NCBI GenBank assembly: GCA_964459155.1
Contig: CAYWKF010000014.1
Coordinates: 7,304 to 71,303 of the forward strand
Direction: 5' to 3'
Length of the DNA: 64,000 nt
Source of the DNA: an uncultured Desulfobacterales bacterium
Lineage (GTDB): Bacteria > Desulfobacterota > Dissulfuribacteria > Dissulfuribacterales > JALVPX01
The notes under the pieces are model-generated. The model was not told the DNA's origin and made no database searches. It was given only the letters and a program-made list of their open reading frames with translations. Shown here piece after piece: positions 15,517 through 24,565 of this stretch; positions within the stretch are counted from its first letter, which is position 1; each line of letters opens with the position of its first letter. A program made the translations under genes and the position numbers.

Positions 15517-18333
15517 CTATTTGGTGTTAAGCAGTGTCAAAAACATCTCGTCAGCGGTTTTTATTAGTTTTGCTGCTGCTGTGTATGCATGTTGGAATTT
15601 TAAAAGGTTGGACAACTCCTCATCGAGTGACACGCCGGCAATGCTGTCTCTCCGAGCTTCGAGTTCTGTTACGCTGGCAGTAGTGAAATCCAAATCTTGG
15701 TTTATCCCTCTGGCGTGGATTCCAACTGTTGCAACAAGGCTGTGAAATGCCTCGTTGATGCTAGCTCCGTCGAGTTCTGGCATTCGCTGGCTACTCAGGC
15801 CGCTGATGGCCAAAGCGTTTGCATTGTTGGCTGGCTCATGGCCTCCCCCTCCTTTGATGTCCAAGCCCAAAAAACTGGCGATCCCGCTGTCGTCGCTTCT
15901 TAGTGCAAAGCCCTTGTAATTGCCATCAGTTGAAATGCTCAGCTTCCCGTCGGTTAGTTGTGCAGTCAATCCATTCAGATTGTCAATTTTTTCGGCAACA
16001 TCCCTCAGGGTATCTCCTGAATCAATTGTAACCGAGAGCTGGTCTATATTTCCGTCTGAGTCAAAGAGGTCCAGGGCCAACGTGCCAGGGAAAGAGAGAT
16101 CTTGGTTGTTGTAACTGGCCAGCGGCTCAAAGGTTCTTTCAACCCTATAATTGCCTAAAATTTCAGTGGTCGGTCCCGCGGGGCTAGAAATGCCCAAATA
16201 ATCGAAAAGGTTTGTGGTGCCACCATTTATAGAGTTTATGGTCCAGCCTGTTTCCTTGGCGGCAATCTTAACAACTCCTTCAGATATGTCCGTGTTAATT
16301 TTGCCCGTGGCTTCAAGGGCCCCAAGCACCTTTTCTAAAGAGTCGCCATTTATGTCCACTGTAACTTGGAACGACTGAATGTTGCCGGTGTTATCCACCA
16401 TTTCCACTGTTATGGTTCCATTAGATAGGGCCATATCCAAAGGACGCCCAACCTCTCTTATCTGTTTGGAGGCAAGGGCGTTGGAAACAGGCGCTTCCTC
16501 AATTTGTGCCGCTGCAATCATTTTGGGATCGTCCATTAGATCCTGATTTACATGTATGGTGGCAGCATCAAATCCACCAAAGAAGCTGTTAAGTCCAAGG
16601 GCCATTAAGAGGCCAGAATCATCTTTTCCAAAAGAGAAGCCCCTTGCATTGGTAGTTCCATCAATTCCTATGTTGAGTTTGTTGTTCACAATTTTTGCAG
16701 TAAGACCATCGATGTTGTCAATCTGCTGCCTTATTTCTTCCAGGGATTGGGCAATTCTTCCGCCTGCACCATCGTCCTTAAAGGCCTGGATGGTAAATGG
16801 TTCAATATAACTTGTGGCCGAATCGCTATCTATGGCCTTTCCTTCCGAATCAAAAAGCCAGATCCTGAAAGCGCCATCTCTTATGTCTTCAGAAAATCTC
16901 AGTCCTGAAGATCCATGCGCCAAGGGTTCGTTAATATTTGCCACTGTTTGAATAGACGTGGTTTCGGTCAAGGGGGTTAGGCCAATTCCCTGAGAGTGCA
17001 ATTCATTTACTGATTTAATGAGCTGGGTGGCAAACTTATTCAGAGATTCCACATAATTCAAAGGATAAGTGCCGTCGAACTTACCGAAGTTGAGGCCTGT
17101 GACTCCGCCACTAATGGAGTCTATTTGAAATTTTATGGCCCTCTCCCCGTTTTTAATATCTTTTATTTTTATCCTTCCGTCTTCAGTGACTGAGACCTCA
17201 ACTCGCTTTAGAGGAGGGTTGGTGGCACTGTCTTGGTACATCTCTTCGATGGACGCCAAAAAGTCGCCAATGGTTGCGTTTGATTCAGGTGGTCCTGCTG
17301 TATATGTGAAAGAACTGCTCACCGGCCTTCCATCCTGATCAGTGCCAGAGAAGTTTATGGTGAAATCACCTGTAACAGTGACCCCATCCAATGCGTCCCA
17401 ATGGGTGCCAGGTTTCATGCCTTTGCCTCCAGACGCATTTGGAAGGGAACTTATTAAAATTGCAGGATCTGCTGGGGTTATGCGAGATTTTATGTCCAAC
17501 CAGCCACCAAGCTCTCCGCCTTCCACGTCTTCAGGTGTGAGGGTGAATGTTTTGCCATCTGTTCCAATCCACTCAACCTCTCCAGATCGAAGCTGAAGCT
17601 CCCACGATCTATCCCCTTCGACCAGCGGGCTTCCCTGTCCGATCAGTATGGTGTAAGAGCCCCGTTCTGTTTCAAAGTAGTGGATATCTGCCAGGTTGGA
17701 CAGCTCTCTTACCAGCATGTCACGCTGGTCGCGCAGGTCATTGGCAGAATGTCTGCCAGTTTCTGCTGCCACAATCTGGACATTGATCTTGGCGATTTGT
17801 CTGCTCAGACGGTTTATGTCGCCGATGGTGGTTTCCAAATTGACGTCGATATCTTGGGACTGTTTTACCAGTGACTTGTATTTTTCTCTTATTCCGTTTG
17901 CCAGCAAAGTGGCTCTCTGAAGCAAGGTTGTGCGTTCAGGCATGGATTCCGCATTGTTCGCTATATCTTCCCATGCCGCCCAAAATTGGCTCAAGAGTTC
18001 ATTGAGGCCATTTTCATCGGTTTCGTTTAGGATTCCCTCTATCAGCTTCATTCCTGACTGGCGGGTCTCAAGGCCCGATTTTACTGAACTCTTTTCAAAA
18101 AGAACCTGTGTAATGAAGCTGTCATAATTTCTAGTGACCTCCTTTGCGGAAACTCCATTTCCTAACTGCCCAACAAAGGCAGGCGTAGGCATTTGAGACG
18201 AAAGGTCCACATTTTGGCGTGAATAACCCCTGGTATTCACATTGGACACGTTGTGGCCGGTAGTCTGAAGATTGAGCTGATGGGTCAAAAGCCCACTTTT
18301 GGCTATGTTTAGGAGGCTGGTTATTCCTGGCAT
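15517..18333 (-). CDS. flgK: flagellar hook-associated protein 1 (FlgK), unusually long, with an internally repeated central region
   Basis: The 938-aa ORF has an N-terminal rod/hook motif LLTHQLNLQTTGHNVSNVNTRGYSRQ and the FlgK C-terminus GVSLDEELSNLLKFQHAYTAAAKLIKTADEMFLTLL. Residues about 322-826 hold four modules of roughly 75-95 aa that end in GF.(F/L)..DDSG....LGL-type motifs. Confidence 0.9.
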   Translation of the reverse strand: MPGITSLLNIAKSGLLTHQLNLQTTGHNVSNVNTRGYSRQNVDLSSQMPTPAFVGQLGNGVSAKEVTRNYDSFITQVLFEKSSVKSGLETRQSGMKLIEGILNETDENGLNELLSQFWAAWEDIANNAESMPERTTLLQRATLLANGIREKYKSLVKQSQDIDVNLETTIGDINRLSRQIAKINVQIVAAETGRHSANDLRDQRDMLVRELSNLADIHYFETERGSYTILIGQGSPLVEGDRSWELQLRSGEVEWIGTDGKTFTLTPEDVEGGELGGWLDIKSRITPADPAILISSLPNASGGKGMKPGTHWDALDGVTVTGDFTINFSGTDQDGRPVSSSFTYTAGPPESNATIGDFLASIEEMYQDSATNPPLKRVEVSVTEDGRIKIKDIKNGERAIKFQIDSISGGVTGLNFGKFDGTYPLNYVESLNKFATQLIKSVNELHSQGIGLTPLTETTSIQTVANINEPLAHGSSGLRFSEDIRDGAFRIWLFDSEGKAIDSDSATSYIEPFTIQAFKDDGAGGRIAQSLEEIRQQIDNIDGLTAKIVNNKLNIGIDGTTNARGFSFGKDDSGLLMALGLNSFFGGFDAATIHVNQDLMDDPKMIAAAQIEEAPVSNALASKQIREVGRPLDMALSNGTITVEMVDNTGNIQSFQVTVDINGDSLEKVLGALEATGKINTDISEGVVKIAAKETGWTINSINGGTTNLFDYLGISSPAGPTTEILGNYRVERTFEPLASYNNQDLSFPGTLALDLFDSDGNIDQLSVTIDSGDTLRDVAEKIDNLNGLTAQLTDGKLSISTDGNYKGFALRSDDSGIASFLGLDIKGGGGHEPANNANALAISGLSSQRMPELDGASINEAFHSLVATVGIHARGINQDLDFTTASVTELEARRDSIAGVSLDEELSNLLKFQHAYTAAAKLIKTADEMFLTLLNTK

Positions 18334-18335
18334 GG

Positions 18336-18872
18336 CTAAAAACCTGCTGCTCTGATGTTCAGTCCGCAGTCGCTTCTCATTTTACCATGGGTGTCATAAA
18401 CAATGCCCTGCATGCCAACCTTTCCTGCGAATATGTCAAGCAGCCTTCTTGTGGTCTCAAGCTGTTCATCTATCCAGTGAAGATGGCGTTTATTCATGGC
18501 CATTATTTCCATTTCGAGCACTTTGCATCCATTGATCCACGTCTCAAGTTCATGAAGTTGTTTTGCGCTTATAGCAGCCTTGATATAGTCCCACCTATCA
18601 TCTCCAGGCCTTCCACCTATGGCAGTAACGATGGCGTCTGCTGTGCGGTGCAGTTCTTTCCGTTTATCAACCACATGCCCTGCGCGCGACTGTTTTTCTC
18701 CATTGATCTTCAAAAGCGTAGCAGCGTCTTGTTTGGACAGTGCTGCCCACTCTTTTTCAAGAACTTCTTTAAGTTCTTCCAAAGACCTCAAAAATTCATG
18801 GGCGGCACTCCAAAAAGATTTGGGCAGACCCTCAATTTTGGTAAGCCTTTTGTTACCGTCCATTGTTTGCAC
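18336..18872 (-). CDS. FlgN-like flagellar export chaperone (tentative)
   Basis: The 178-aa ORF is helical and lies immediately upstream of flgK, the canonical flgN position. It shows an LxxLxxxLxxExxAL-type pattern (FLRSLEELKEVLEKEWAALSKQD). The call is mainly positional. Confidence 0.4.
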   Translation of the reverse strand: MQTMDGNKRLTKIEGLPKSFWSAAHEFLRSLEELKEVLEKEWAALSKQDAATLLKINGEKQSRAGHVVDKRKELHRTADAIVTAIGGRPGDDRWDYIKAAISAKQLHELETWINGCKVLEMEIMAMNKRHLHWIDEQLETTRRLLDIFAGKVGMQGIVYDTHGKMRSDCGLNIRAAGF

Positions 18873-19221
18873 CTCCCTTGATCACTGAATTTTCAGGCCG
18901 GTGCAATACCTTTCCTGCAAGCTCTTCATAGAGGTTTTGCCACAATCCAATTCCCCTGCCACTGGCAATTTTTTCAGCCATTTTCTGGTCAAACATTGAG
19001 ACGTACATCTCTTCCTGCATGCCGCCATGGAGCATGCCCTGTTTTGGTACACTTTTTCTCATCTCTTTGAGAATCATATTGATGAACATGGCTTCAAAGT
19101 CCTGACACGCTTTTTTCAGTTCCCCATCCTTCTTTTCGGAAAGTGGCTGGCCAGCTTCATTTTGCATACCGTTCACCAGCAAAGTGGCTGGCACCAGTGA
19201 CATCGTCCTCGTAGTGTTCAT
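18853..19221 (-). CDS. flgJ: flagellar rod-binding protein (FlgJ N-terminal domain only; no muramidase domain)
   Basis: The 122-aa ORF has the rod-binding motif ACQDFEAMFINMILKEMRKS and follows flgI. No glycoside-hydrolase portion is present. Confidence 0.8.
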   Translation of the reverse strand: MNTTRTMSLVPATLLVNGMQNEAGQPLSEKKDGELKKACQDFEAMFINMILKEMRKSVPKQGMLHGGMQEEMYVSMFDQKMAEKIASGRGIGLWQNLYEELAGKVLHRPENSVIKGGANNGR

Positions 19222-20343
19222 TTATATCACCTCTATTTCGGCTTGGAGCGCTCCAGCTGCTTTGACAGATTGGAGCACTGCTATAAGGTCCCTTGGAGTA
19301 ACACCAACTGCATTCAAGGCCCTAACCAGGTCGCCTATGGTCACACCCTCATTGAGGACTATGAGACGTCCTTCACCTTCCTCTGTTTGGATCGTGGTAT
19401 CAGGAGTAACCACTGTTTGCCCCTGGCTAAATGGCTGCGGCTGGGAAACCTTTGGATTTTCTCTGATCTGGATGCTCAAGTTGCCATGTGCAATTGCCAC
19501 CCTGGAGATACGTACCTGGTCACCCATGACCACAGTGCCAGTCCTTTCATCGAGTATTACTTTGGCACGTTGGTCGGGCGTTATTTCCACTGATTCTATG
19601 GCTGCAAGCAGCGCTACCGTATTGCCGTTGAATTCTTGAGGAACGCGTACGGAAAAGGTTTCTGCATCAACAGGTCTTGCGAACTCCGCGCCCAACAGGT
19701 CATTTACTGCTTCGACCGCCCGCATGACAGTGGTGAAATCAGGCCTGAATAGGCTTAATGTTATTTCTCCCTTTTTATTGATAGGCACTGCTATTTCCCG
19801 TTCTATGGTGGCACCGTTGGGAATGCGCCCTGCAGTAGGATGGTTTTTCTGTACAGATGCCCCTGCGCCTTCAACAGCAAAGCCTCCTATGGACAAAGGC
19901 CCTTGCGCCACAGCATATATCTCTCCGTCTATACCCTTTAAAGGCGTCATAAGTAAGGTGCCGCCCTGAAGGCTTTTTGCGTCCCCCAGAGAAGAGACGA
20001 CCACGTCTATTTTCTGTCCAATCTTTGCGAAGGGAGGAATTTCAGCAGTCACCATTACCCCGGCGGCATTTTTCACTTTTACAGTCTTGGGGTTTATACT
20101 TATTCCCATCCTTTCCATCATATTGGCAATTGATTGGATGGTGAATTTCGCCTGGGTGCCGTCTCCCGTGCCATTGAGCCCGACTACAAGGCCATAACCG
20201 ACCAGCTGGTTCGTACGCACTCCTTTGACATTTGCTATATCTTTCAGACGCGCGCCATGACTAGGTGCCGTCAAGAATGGCAACATGGCGATGATTGTCA
20301 AAAAAATGACCACGATTTTTTCTGTTCTTTTCATGGCGTTCAT
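19222..20343 (-). CDS. flgI: flagellar P-ring protein FlgI
   Basis: The motifs LVGYGLVVGLNGTGD, LQGGTLLMTPL and the C-terminus LQSVKAAGALQAEIEVI identify FlgI. I trimmed the start from 20394 to Met18 (20343), which removes the overlap with flgH and leaves a signal peptide. Confidence 0.92.
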   Translation of the reverse strand: MNAMKRTEKIVVIFLTIIAMLPFLTAPSHGARLKDIANVKGVRTNQLVGYGLVVGLNGTGDGTQAKFTIQSIANMMERMGISINPKTVKVKNAAGVMVTAEIPPFAKIGQKIDVVVSSLGDAKSLQGGTLLMTPLKGIDGEIYAVAQGPLSIGGFAVEGAGASVQKNHPTAGRIPNGATIEREIAVPINKKGEITLSLFRPDFTTVMRAVEAVNDLLGAEFARPVDAETFSVRVPQEFNGNTVALLAAIESVEITPDQRAKVILDERTGTVVMGDQVRISRVAIAHGNLSIQIRENPKVSQPQPFSQGQTVVTPDTTIQTEEGEGRLIVLNEGVTIGDLVRALNAVGVTPRDLIAVLQSVKAAGALQAEIEVI

Positions 20344-20354
20344 CTTTCTCCGGG

Positions 20355-21068
20355 CTAGAAAAGGGCAATAAGACCCAAAATCCTTGCAAACCAAGCTGGA
20401 TTCTGCTTCTCACTCAACACACCGCCTCCTGTGTATTCTATGCGGGCATCGCCTATACGTGTTGAAGAGACTGTGTTGTCTGGCCCGATGTCCTGCGGTC
20501 TTACAACACCGGTCAGAATCAGATATTGTGTCTCGTTGTTTATGCGGAGTTCCCGGCTTCCTCTTACAATTAAGTTGCCACCAGGCAATACTTGCACTAC
20601 TCGTGCCGAAATCGTTCCGCTCAAAGAGGCATTTCTTGATGTCTTTCCTGAACCCTGGAACTTGCTGCTGCTAGAGCCACCTATGGCATTCTTTGCATCC
20701 ACCTTCGCATTTCCATATCTGGGTTGCACTTGTTTGTTGAACTCCAGACCGAATATGCCAGAGAGGCCTATATTCATGTCTGATTTGCGTTGTGTCTGAG
20801 TGCGCACGTCCTTGGCTCCCTTGAGATCTTCCTCTACCACTATTGTGACCACATCTCCTATGCGCCGCGCCCTAAAGTCTGACACCAGGCTTACATGGCG
20901 TGTGCTCTGAAAGAGGGAGCCTTCTTCAGGGGGAGCCTGGGGCACTGGAATGTCCGGTACCACAGGGGATGGCGGTTGAGGAGAAGGGGGAGGAGTGTGA
21001 GGCGCGCACGCCCCCAGCAACAAGGCAATAACCAATGTGAAAAGCGCCAGCATGAACTTCATGATCAT
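20355..21068 (-). CDS. flgH: flagellar L-ring lipoprotein FlgH
   Basis: The 237-aa ORF has the lipobox LLGAC and the motifs GDVVTIVVEE, LTGVVRPQDI and ARIEYTGGG. Confidence 0.92.
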   Translation of the reverse strand: MIMKFMLALFTLVIALLLGACAPHTPPPSPQPPSPVVPDIPVPQAPPEEGSLFQSTRHVSLVSDFRARRIGDVVTIVVEEDLKGAKDVRTQTQRKSDMNIGLSGIFGLEFNKQVQPRYGNAKVDAKNAIGGSSSSKFQGSGKTSRNASLSGTISARVVQVLPGGNLIVRGSRELRINNETQYLILTGVVRPQDIGPDNTVSSTRIGDARIEYTGGGVLSEKQNPAWFARILGLIALF

Positions 21069-21072
21069 CCCT

Positions 21073-21828
21073 CTAAAAGAATACCTTCACTGTTTTCGTA
21101 TCCACCACTTGGGCCAGGATCTCTCTGTGGCTCATCGCGTTTTGGACTTTTATGAATTGGCCTTTGGCCCCTTTTTCCTTCACGATCCCAGGCACTCTTA
21201 CGAAGAGGCTGCCAGACTGGGCAACAATGGTCACCCTGCTGCCGCGCTTTACGAGTACCGGCTCTTGCAAGATTATTGGAGTGATGACTTCGCCGCTCCT
21301 TACAGAACGCTTCAATCCTTTTCCAAGGGCAGCCTTCAGAGTGTAAAGGGGTTCAGATCTCAGTTTTGAAAGAGGTTTTTTTACTACTTCAAGATCGTCA
21401 GGGGTCAGAACGTGACCTTTGCGAAGCGGCTTGGCTGCACACACGACGTTTCGGTAAATTTCCACCCATCCGTTCACTCTAACCCGGCGAACAGGTTTTT
21501 TGTCAGCCATCACTGTGATCAGAAAAGACATCCTACCGAGTCCCTTTGAGTTGGAAGGAGGAGCAACATCGAAATCAATTTCAGCTTGAGCCGGTATTCC
21601 AACCTTTGTGGGAAACATCCTGAGATCTGAAATATCAAGCTGTTCCATTGGCCAGCCTGCATATTTCTCTAAAGCCTTCAAAAATATGGGCTCAAAGTCT
21701 TCTATGGTAAGATAAGCTAAATCACTGCTTGTATGGTAGCTGTTGGCAAGTCCACTCCAGCCTGCCAAAAACAGGAAGAAAGCAACAAAAACGGCAAAGA
21801 GATTGATAGAATCTTTAAAGCATTTCAT
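21073..21828 (-). CDS. flgA: flagellar basal-body P-ring formation chaperone FlgA
   Basis: The 251-aa ORF has a signal peptide and a SAF-like C-terminal region (LKRSVRSGEVITPIILQEPVLVKRGSRVTIV...GQFIKVQN). It lies between flgG and flgH. Confidence 0.8.
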   Translation of the reverse strand: MKCFKDSINLFAVFVAFFLFLAGWSGLANSYHTSSDLAYLTIEDFEPIFLKALEKYAGWPMEQLDISDLRMFPTKVGIPAQAEIDFDVAPPSNSKGLGRMSFLITVMADKKPVRRVRVNGWVEIYRNVVCAAKPLRKGHVLTPDDLEVVKKPLSKLRSEPLYTLKAALGKGLKRSVRSGEVITPIILQEPVLVKRGSRVTIVAQSGSLFVRVPGIVKEKGAKGQFIKVQNAMSHREILAQVVDTKTVKVFF

Positions 21829-21833
21829 CTTTG

Positions 21834-22616
21834 TTACCTCTTGAGATTGTTGGCTATTCCAAGCATCTCATCAGCTGTTTGGACTGTTTTTGAATTGAGT
21901 TCATAGGCCCGCTGGGTCACTATCATCTCCACCATCTCTTTGACCACTTCCACGTTGGACATCTCGAGGAAACCTTGGGCAATGGTGCCAAATTCGTCGC
22001 TCCCTGGATTGCCTTCGATGGGATCTCCAGAGCCCTCTGTAGGCCTGTAAAGATTTCGCCCTATGCTGTAAAGGCCTGCTGGATTCGCAAAGTTGAAGAT
22101 GGTCAGCTGGGCAGAAGCAAGTGGCTTGCCGCCTTCATCAGTAGCCACAATAAGGCCATATGGATCTATGGTGATATTCACCGTGCCGTCTGGAACGGCA
22201 AATTCGGGTTGAAGTCTATCACCGCTGGACGTTACGATATATCCATCCCTGTCGAGCTTGAAGGCCCCGGATCTTGTGTAGAGTTCTTCGCCGTTTGACA
22301 ATATTTTGAAAAAACCCTTGCCTTCAATCACCCAATCAAGCTCATTGCCTGTGTTTTCGAAATCCCCCTGGGTGAAGATTTTTTGAACTGCGGTAGGCCT
22401 TGACCCCATGCCCACTTGCATGCCTGTGGGAAGCTGAGTGCCGTCTGCATTTTCGGTCCCAGCCATTCTGACCGTTTGATACAGCAGGTCCTCAAAGTCT
22501 GCCCTGCCGCGCTTGAAGGCCGTGGTGTTCACGTTTGCTAGATTGTTAGCAATCACGTCAAGATTGAACTGCATGCTGTTCATGCCTGAAGCTGCTGTCC
22601 ATAGTCCGCGCATCAT
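21834..22616 (-). CDS. flgG: flagellar distal rod protein FlgG
   Basis: The 260-aa ORF starts MMRGLWTAASGMNSMQFNLDVIANNLANVNTTAFKR and ends FLEMSNVEVVKEMVEMIVTQRAYELNSK. Confidence 0.93.
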   Translation of the reverse strand: MMRGLWTAASGMNSMQFNLDVIANNLANVNTTAFKRGRADFEDLLYQTVRMAGTENADGTQLPTGMQVGMGSRPTAVQKIFTQGDFENTGNELDWVIEGKGFFKILSNGEELYTRSGAFKLDRDGYIVTSSGDRLQPEFAVPDGTVNITIDPYGLIVATDEGGKPLASAQLTIFNFANPAGLYSIGRNLYRPTEGSGDPIEGNPGSDEFGTIAQGFLEMSNVEVVKEMVEMIVTQRAYELNSKTVQTADEMLGIANNLKR

Positions 22617-22635
22617 AAGCTTTTATTCCTTTCCC

Positions 22636-23388
22636 TTAACCAACTTTTCCAACCTGGTTTATCGCCTTGTCATCAAGTTCGTCACACGCCTGCATGGCCC
22701 TCTGCATTGCTTCATAGGCCCTGTAAAGATCAAGCAGCACCACCATGGACTCCACCGGGTTCACGTTGGAATCTTCGATAAAACCCTGGGCAACTTTCCC
22801 TTCAGCAGGCTGTTCCTTGGCGCCGGTGCCTTCACTCACGAAGAGGTTCCGTCCCATCTTTTTCAATGCTTCTGGATTATCGAAGGCCACCAAGTCCAAT
22901 GCTCCAACCTCTGTCTCGTCCACATAAAAGTGGCCGTCACGGTTCACCCATATCCCCTTCCCAGTGGTATCCTCAAGGGTTATGGGCCCACCGTTCCCCA
23001 GCACTCTGTAACCTTCAGGTGTGACAAGTTCATTTTGTGCATTTAGGGTGAAATGTCCGGCCCGCGTGAAAGCCTTGCCAAAGGGCGTCTCCACAACAAA
23101 GAAGCCCTCGCCATCAATGGCCAGATCTAAAGGATTGTTTGTTTGCTTGAATGCACCTTGGCTGAAATCCGTTGCCTCAATTTCCCCCTTGGCAGTCCTT
23201 TTGCTGCTATCCAGCTGATCTAGGAAATATTCTTCAAAGGTAAGCCTTTCCTTTTTGAAGCCAGGGGTGTTGGAGTTGGCCACATTGTTGGCCAATACTT
23301 CCAACTTTCTTTCAAGCATCCGTACGCCCTCCAAGCCTTCAATATGGCCTAAACGATTATGCGGATGTAATGTGGGCAAAGCAGGCAT
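22636..23388 (-). CDS. flgF: flagellar proximal rod protein FlgF (FlgG paralogue)
   Basis: The 250-aa ORF has the rod motif LANNVANSNTPGFKKE and the C-terminus GFIEDSNVNPVESMVVLLDLYRAYEA. It is the first gene after the intergenic promoter region. Confidence 0.85.
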   Translation of the reverse strand: MPALPTLHPHNRLGHIEGLEGVRMLERKLEVLANNVANSNTPGFKKERLTFEEYFLDQLDSSKRTAKGEIEATDFSQGAFKQTNNPLDLAIDGEGFFVVETPFGKAFTRAGHFTLNAQNELVTPEGYRVLGNGGPITLEDTTGKGIWVNRDGHFYVDETEVGALDLVAFDNPEALKKMGRNLFVSEGTGAKEQPAEGKVAQGFIEDSNVNPVESMVVLLDLYRAYEAMQRAMQACDELDDKAINQVGKVG

Positions 23389-23422
23389 AAAAGTCCTCCT
23401 GAAATTGTCTCAAAAGGTATAA

Positions 23423-23438
23423 AGCAAGGCATATGCCT
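23423..23438 (-). promoter_or_regulatory. sigma-54 (-24/-12)-type promoter candidate for the flgF operon
   Basis: The minus strand reads AGGCAT-ATGCC-TTGCT. The GG and GC dinucleotides have the canonical spacing of TGGCAC-N5-TTGC. The site lies about 35 nt upstream of the flgF ATG (23388), with RBS AGGAGG at 23394-23399. The core AAGGCATATGCCTT is also a perfect palindrome. Confidence 0.4.
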
Positions 23439-23637
23439 TGTGGGCTATTGTGCTGTCAAATTAATATCTAGCTGTTTTTACAAGAAAAATGCCAGCTTTT
23501 AATGCCTTTGTTTGATCATGCCTGTGCCTTGAGGGGGAAAATACTGCCTGGGTAGGCAGAAAATTACTGGTTGACCTTTTGAGCGAAATACCATTAAGAA
23601 AACAATAGGCAGTCATATTTTTAAAAGGGGCAACCTA

Positions 23638-24498
23638 TTGGTTATGGCAAGACAGGGAATTTCAAAAAAGTGGGTGCTTTCTTTCAATCCCTGCATTGAG
23701 GCGGACAAAAATTTCTACTGTCCCGGAAACAAAATTTCAAGAATGCACGTTTCGGCAATTAAAGAGGCAGATGTGGTGATATTGCCTCCCTGTTGTTCAG
23801 AGGAGTTTTACCGATTGGTGCGGACTCATTGTAGGTGGGTCTTGCCTAACTACGATGCATACTTCGAATATCCAGGCAAAGTGGGGCAGAGCCATTTGTT
23901 CAAAAAGATGGGAGTAGCTCATCCGCACACCATGGCTTTTGGATCTTTAAAGATGTTCAAAAGAATTTACAAGAAATTCAGCGGGTTTGATTACCCTTTT
24001 GTTTTCAAAGCCTCATTTGGAGGAGAAGGCAGGTACGTATTTTTGGTCGCCTCACAAAGAGAATTTGAGAAGTGCCTTGAGAAAGCCGTCGGTTGGGAAG
24101 CACAGGGTGAATATGGTTTCCTTCTTCAGGAATTTGTTCCCCATGGAGGGAGGAGCCTCAGGATAGTAGTCATAGGCAGAAGTTTTCACGCCTATTGGCG
24201 CGTCCAGAAAGGCGGAAATTCCTTTTACACCAACGTTGCCAAAGGAGCGTCAATAGAAAAAGAAGGTGAGCCTGAGCTTGTTAATTTGGCGCTGGATTGC
24301 CTTAGCAATTTTTGTGTCAAAACAGGTATAAATTTGGCCGGTTTTGACTTTTTGTTTGCAGAAAATGATCCAACGCCTGCGCCGCTCTTTCTGGAAATCA
24401 ACTATTTTTTTCGCAAAAGAGGCCTGGGAGGTCCAGACAATTATTTTAAGCTGTTGGAGCAAGGAGTCCGGGATTGGATTAACCATCTGCCTGGTTGA
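23638..24498 (+). CDS. ATP-grasp domain-containing protein (ligase of unknown specificity)
   Basis: The 286-aa ORF shows ATP-grasp patterns: YPFVFKASFGGEGRYVFLV, LLQEFVPHGGRSLRIVVIG and NLAGFDFLF...LFLEINYF. The start is TTG at 23638 (SD AAGGGG 7 nt upstream) or ATG at 23644. Confidence 0.6.
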   Translation: MVMARQGISKKWVLSFNPCIEADKNFYCPGNKISRMHVSAIKEADVVILPPCCSEEFYRLVRTHCRWVLPNYDAYFEYPGKVGQSHLFKKMGVAHPHTMAFGSLKMFKRIYKKFSGFDYPFVFKASFGGEGRYVFLVASQREFEKCLEKAVGWEAQGEYGFLLQEFVPHGGRSLRIVVIGRSFHAYWRVQKGGNSFYTNVAKGASIEKEGEPELVNLALDCLSNFCVKTGINLAGFDFLFAENDPTPAPLFLEINYFFRKRGLGGPDNYFKLLEQGVRDWINHLPG

Positions 24499-24565
24499 TC
24501 CAGTTTGGTTAAATGACAATCTTTAATGTAAAATAAAAAATAAGGCTGCCTGGGAGAGGAAATAT

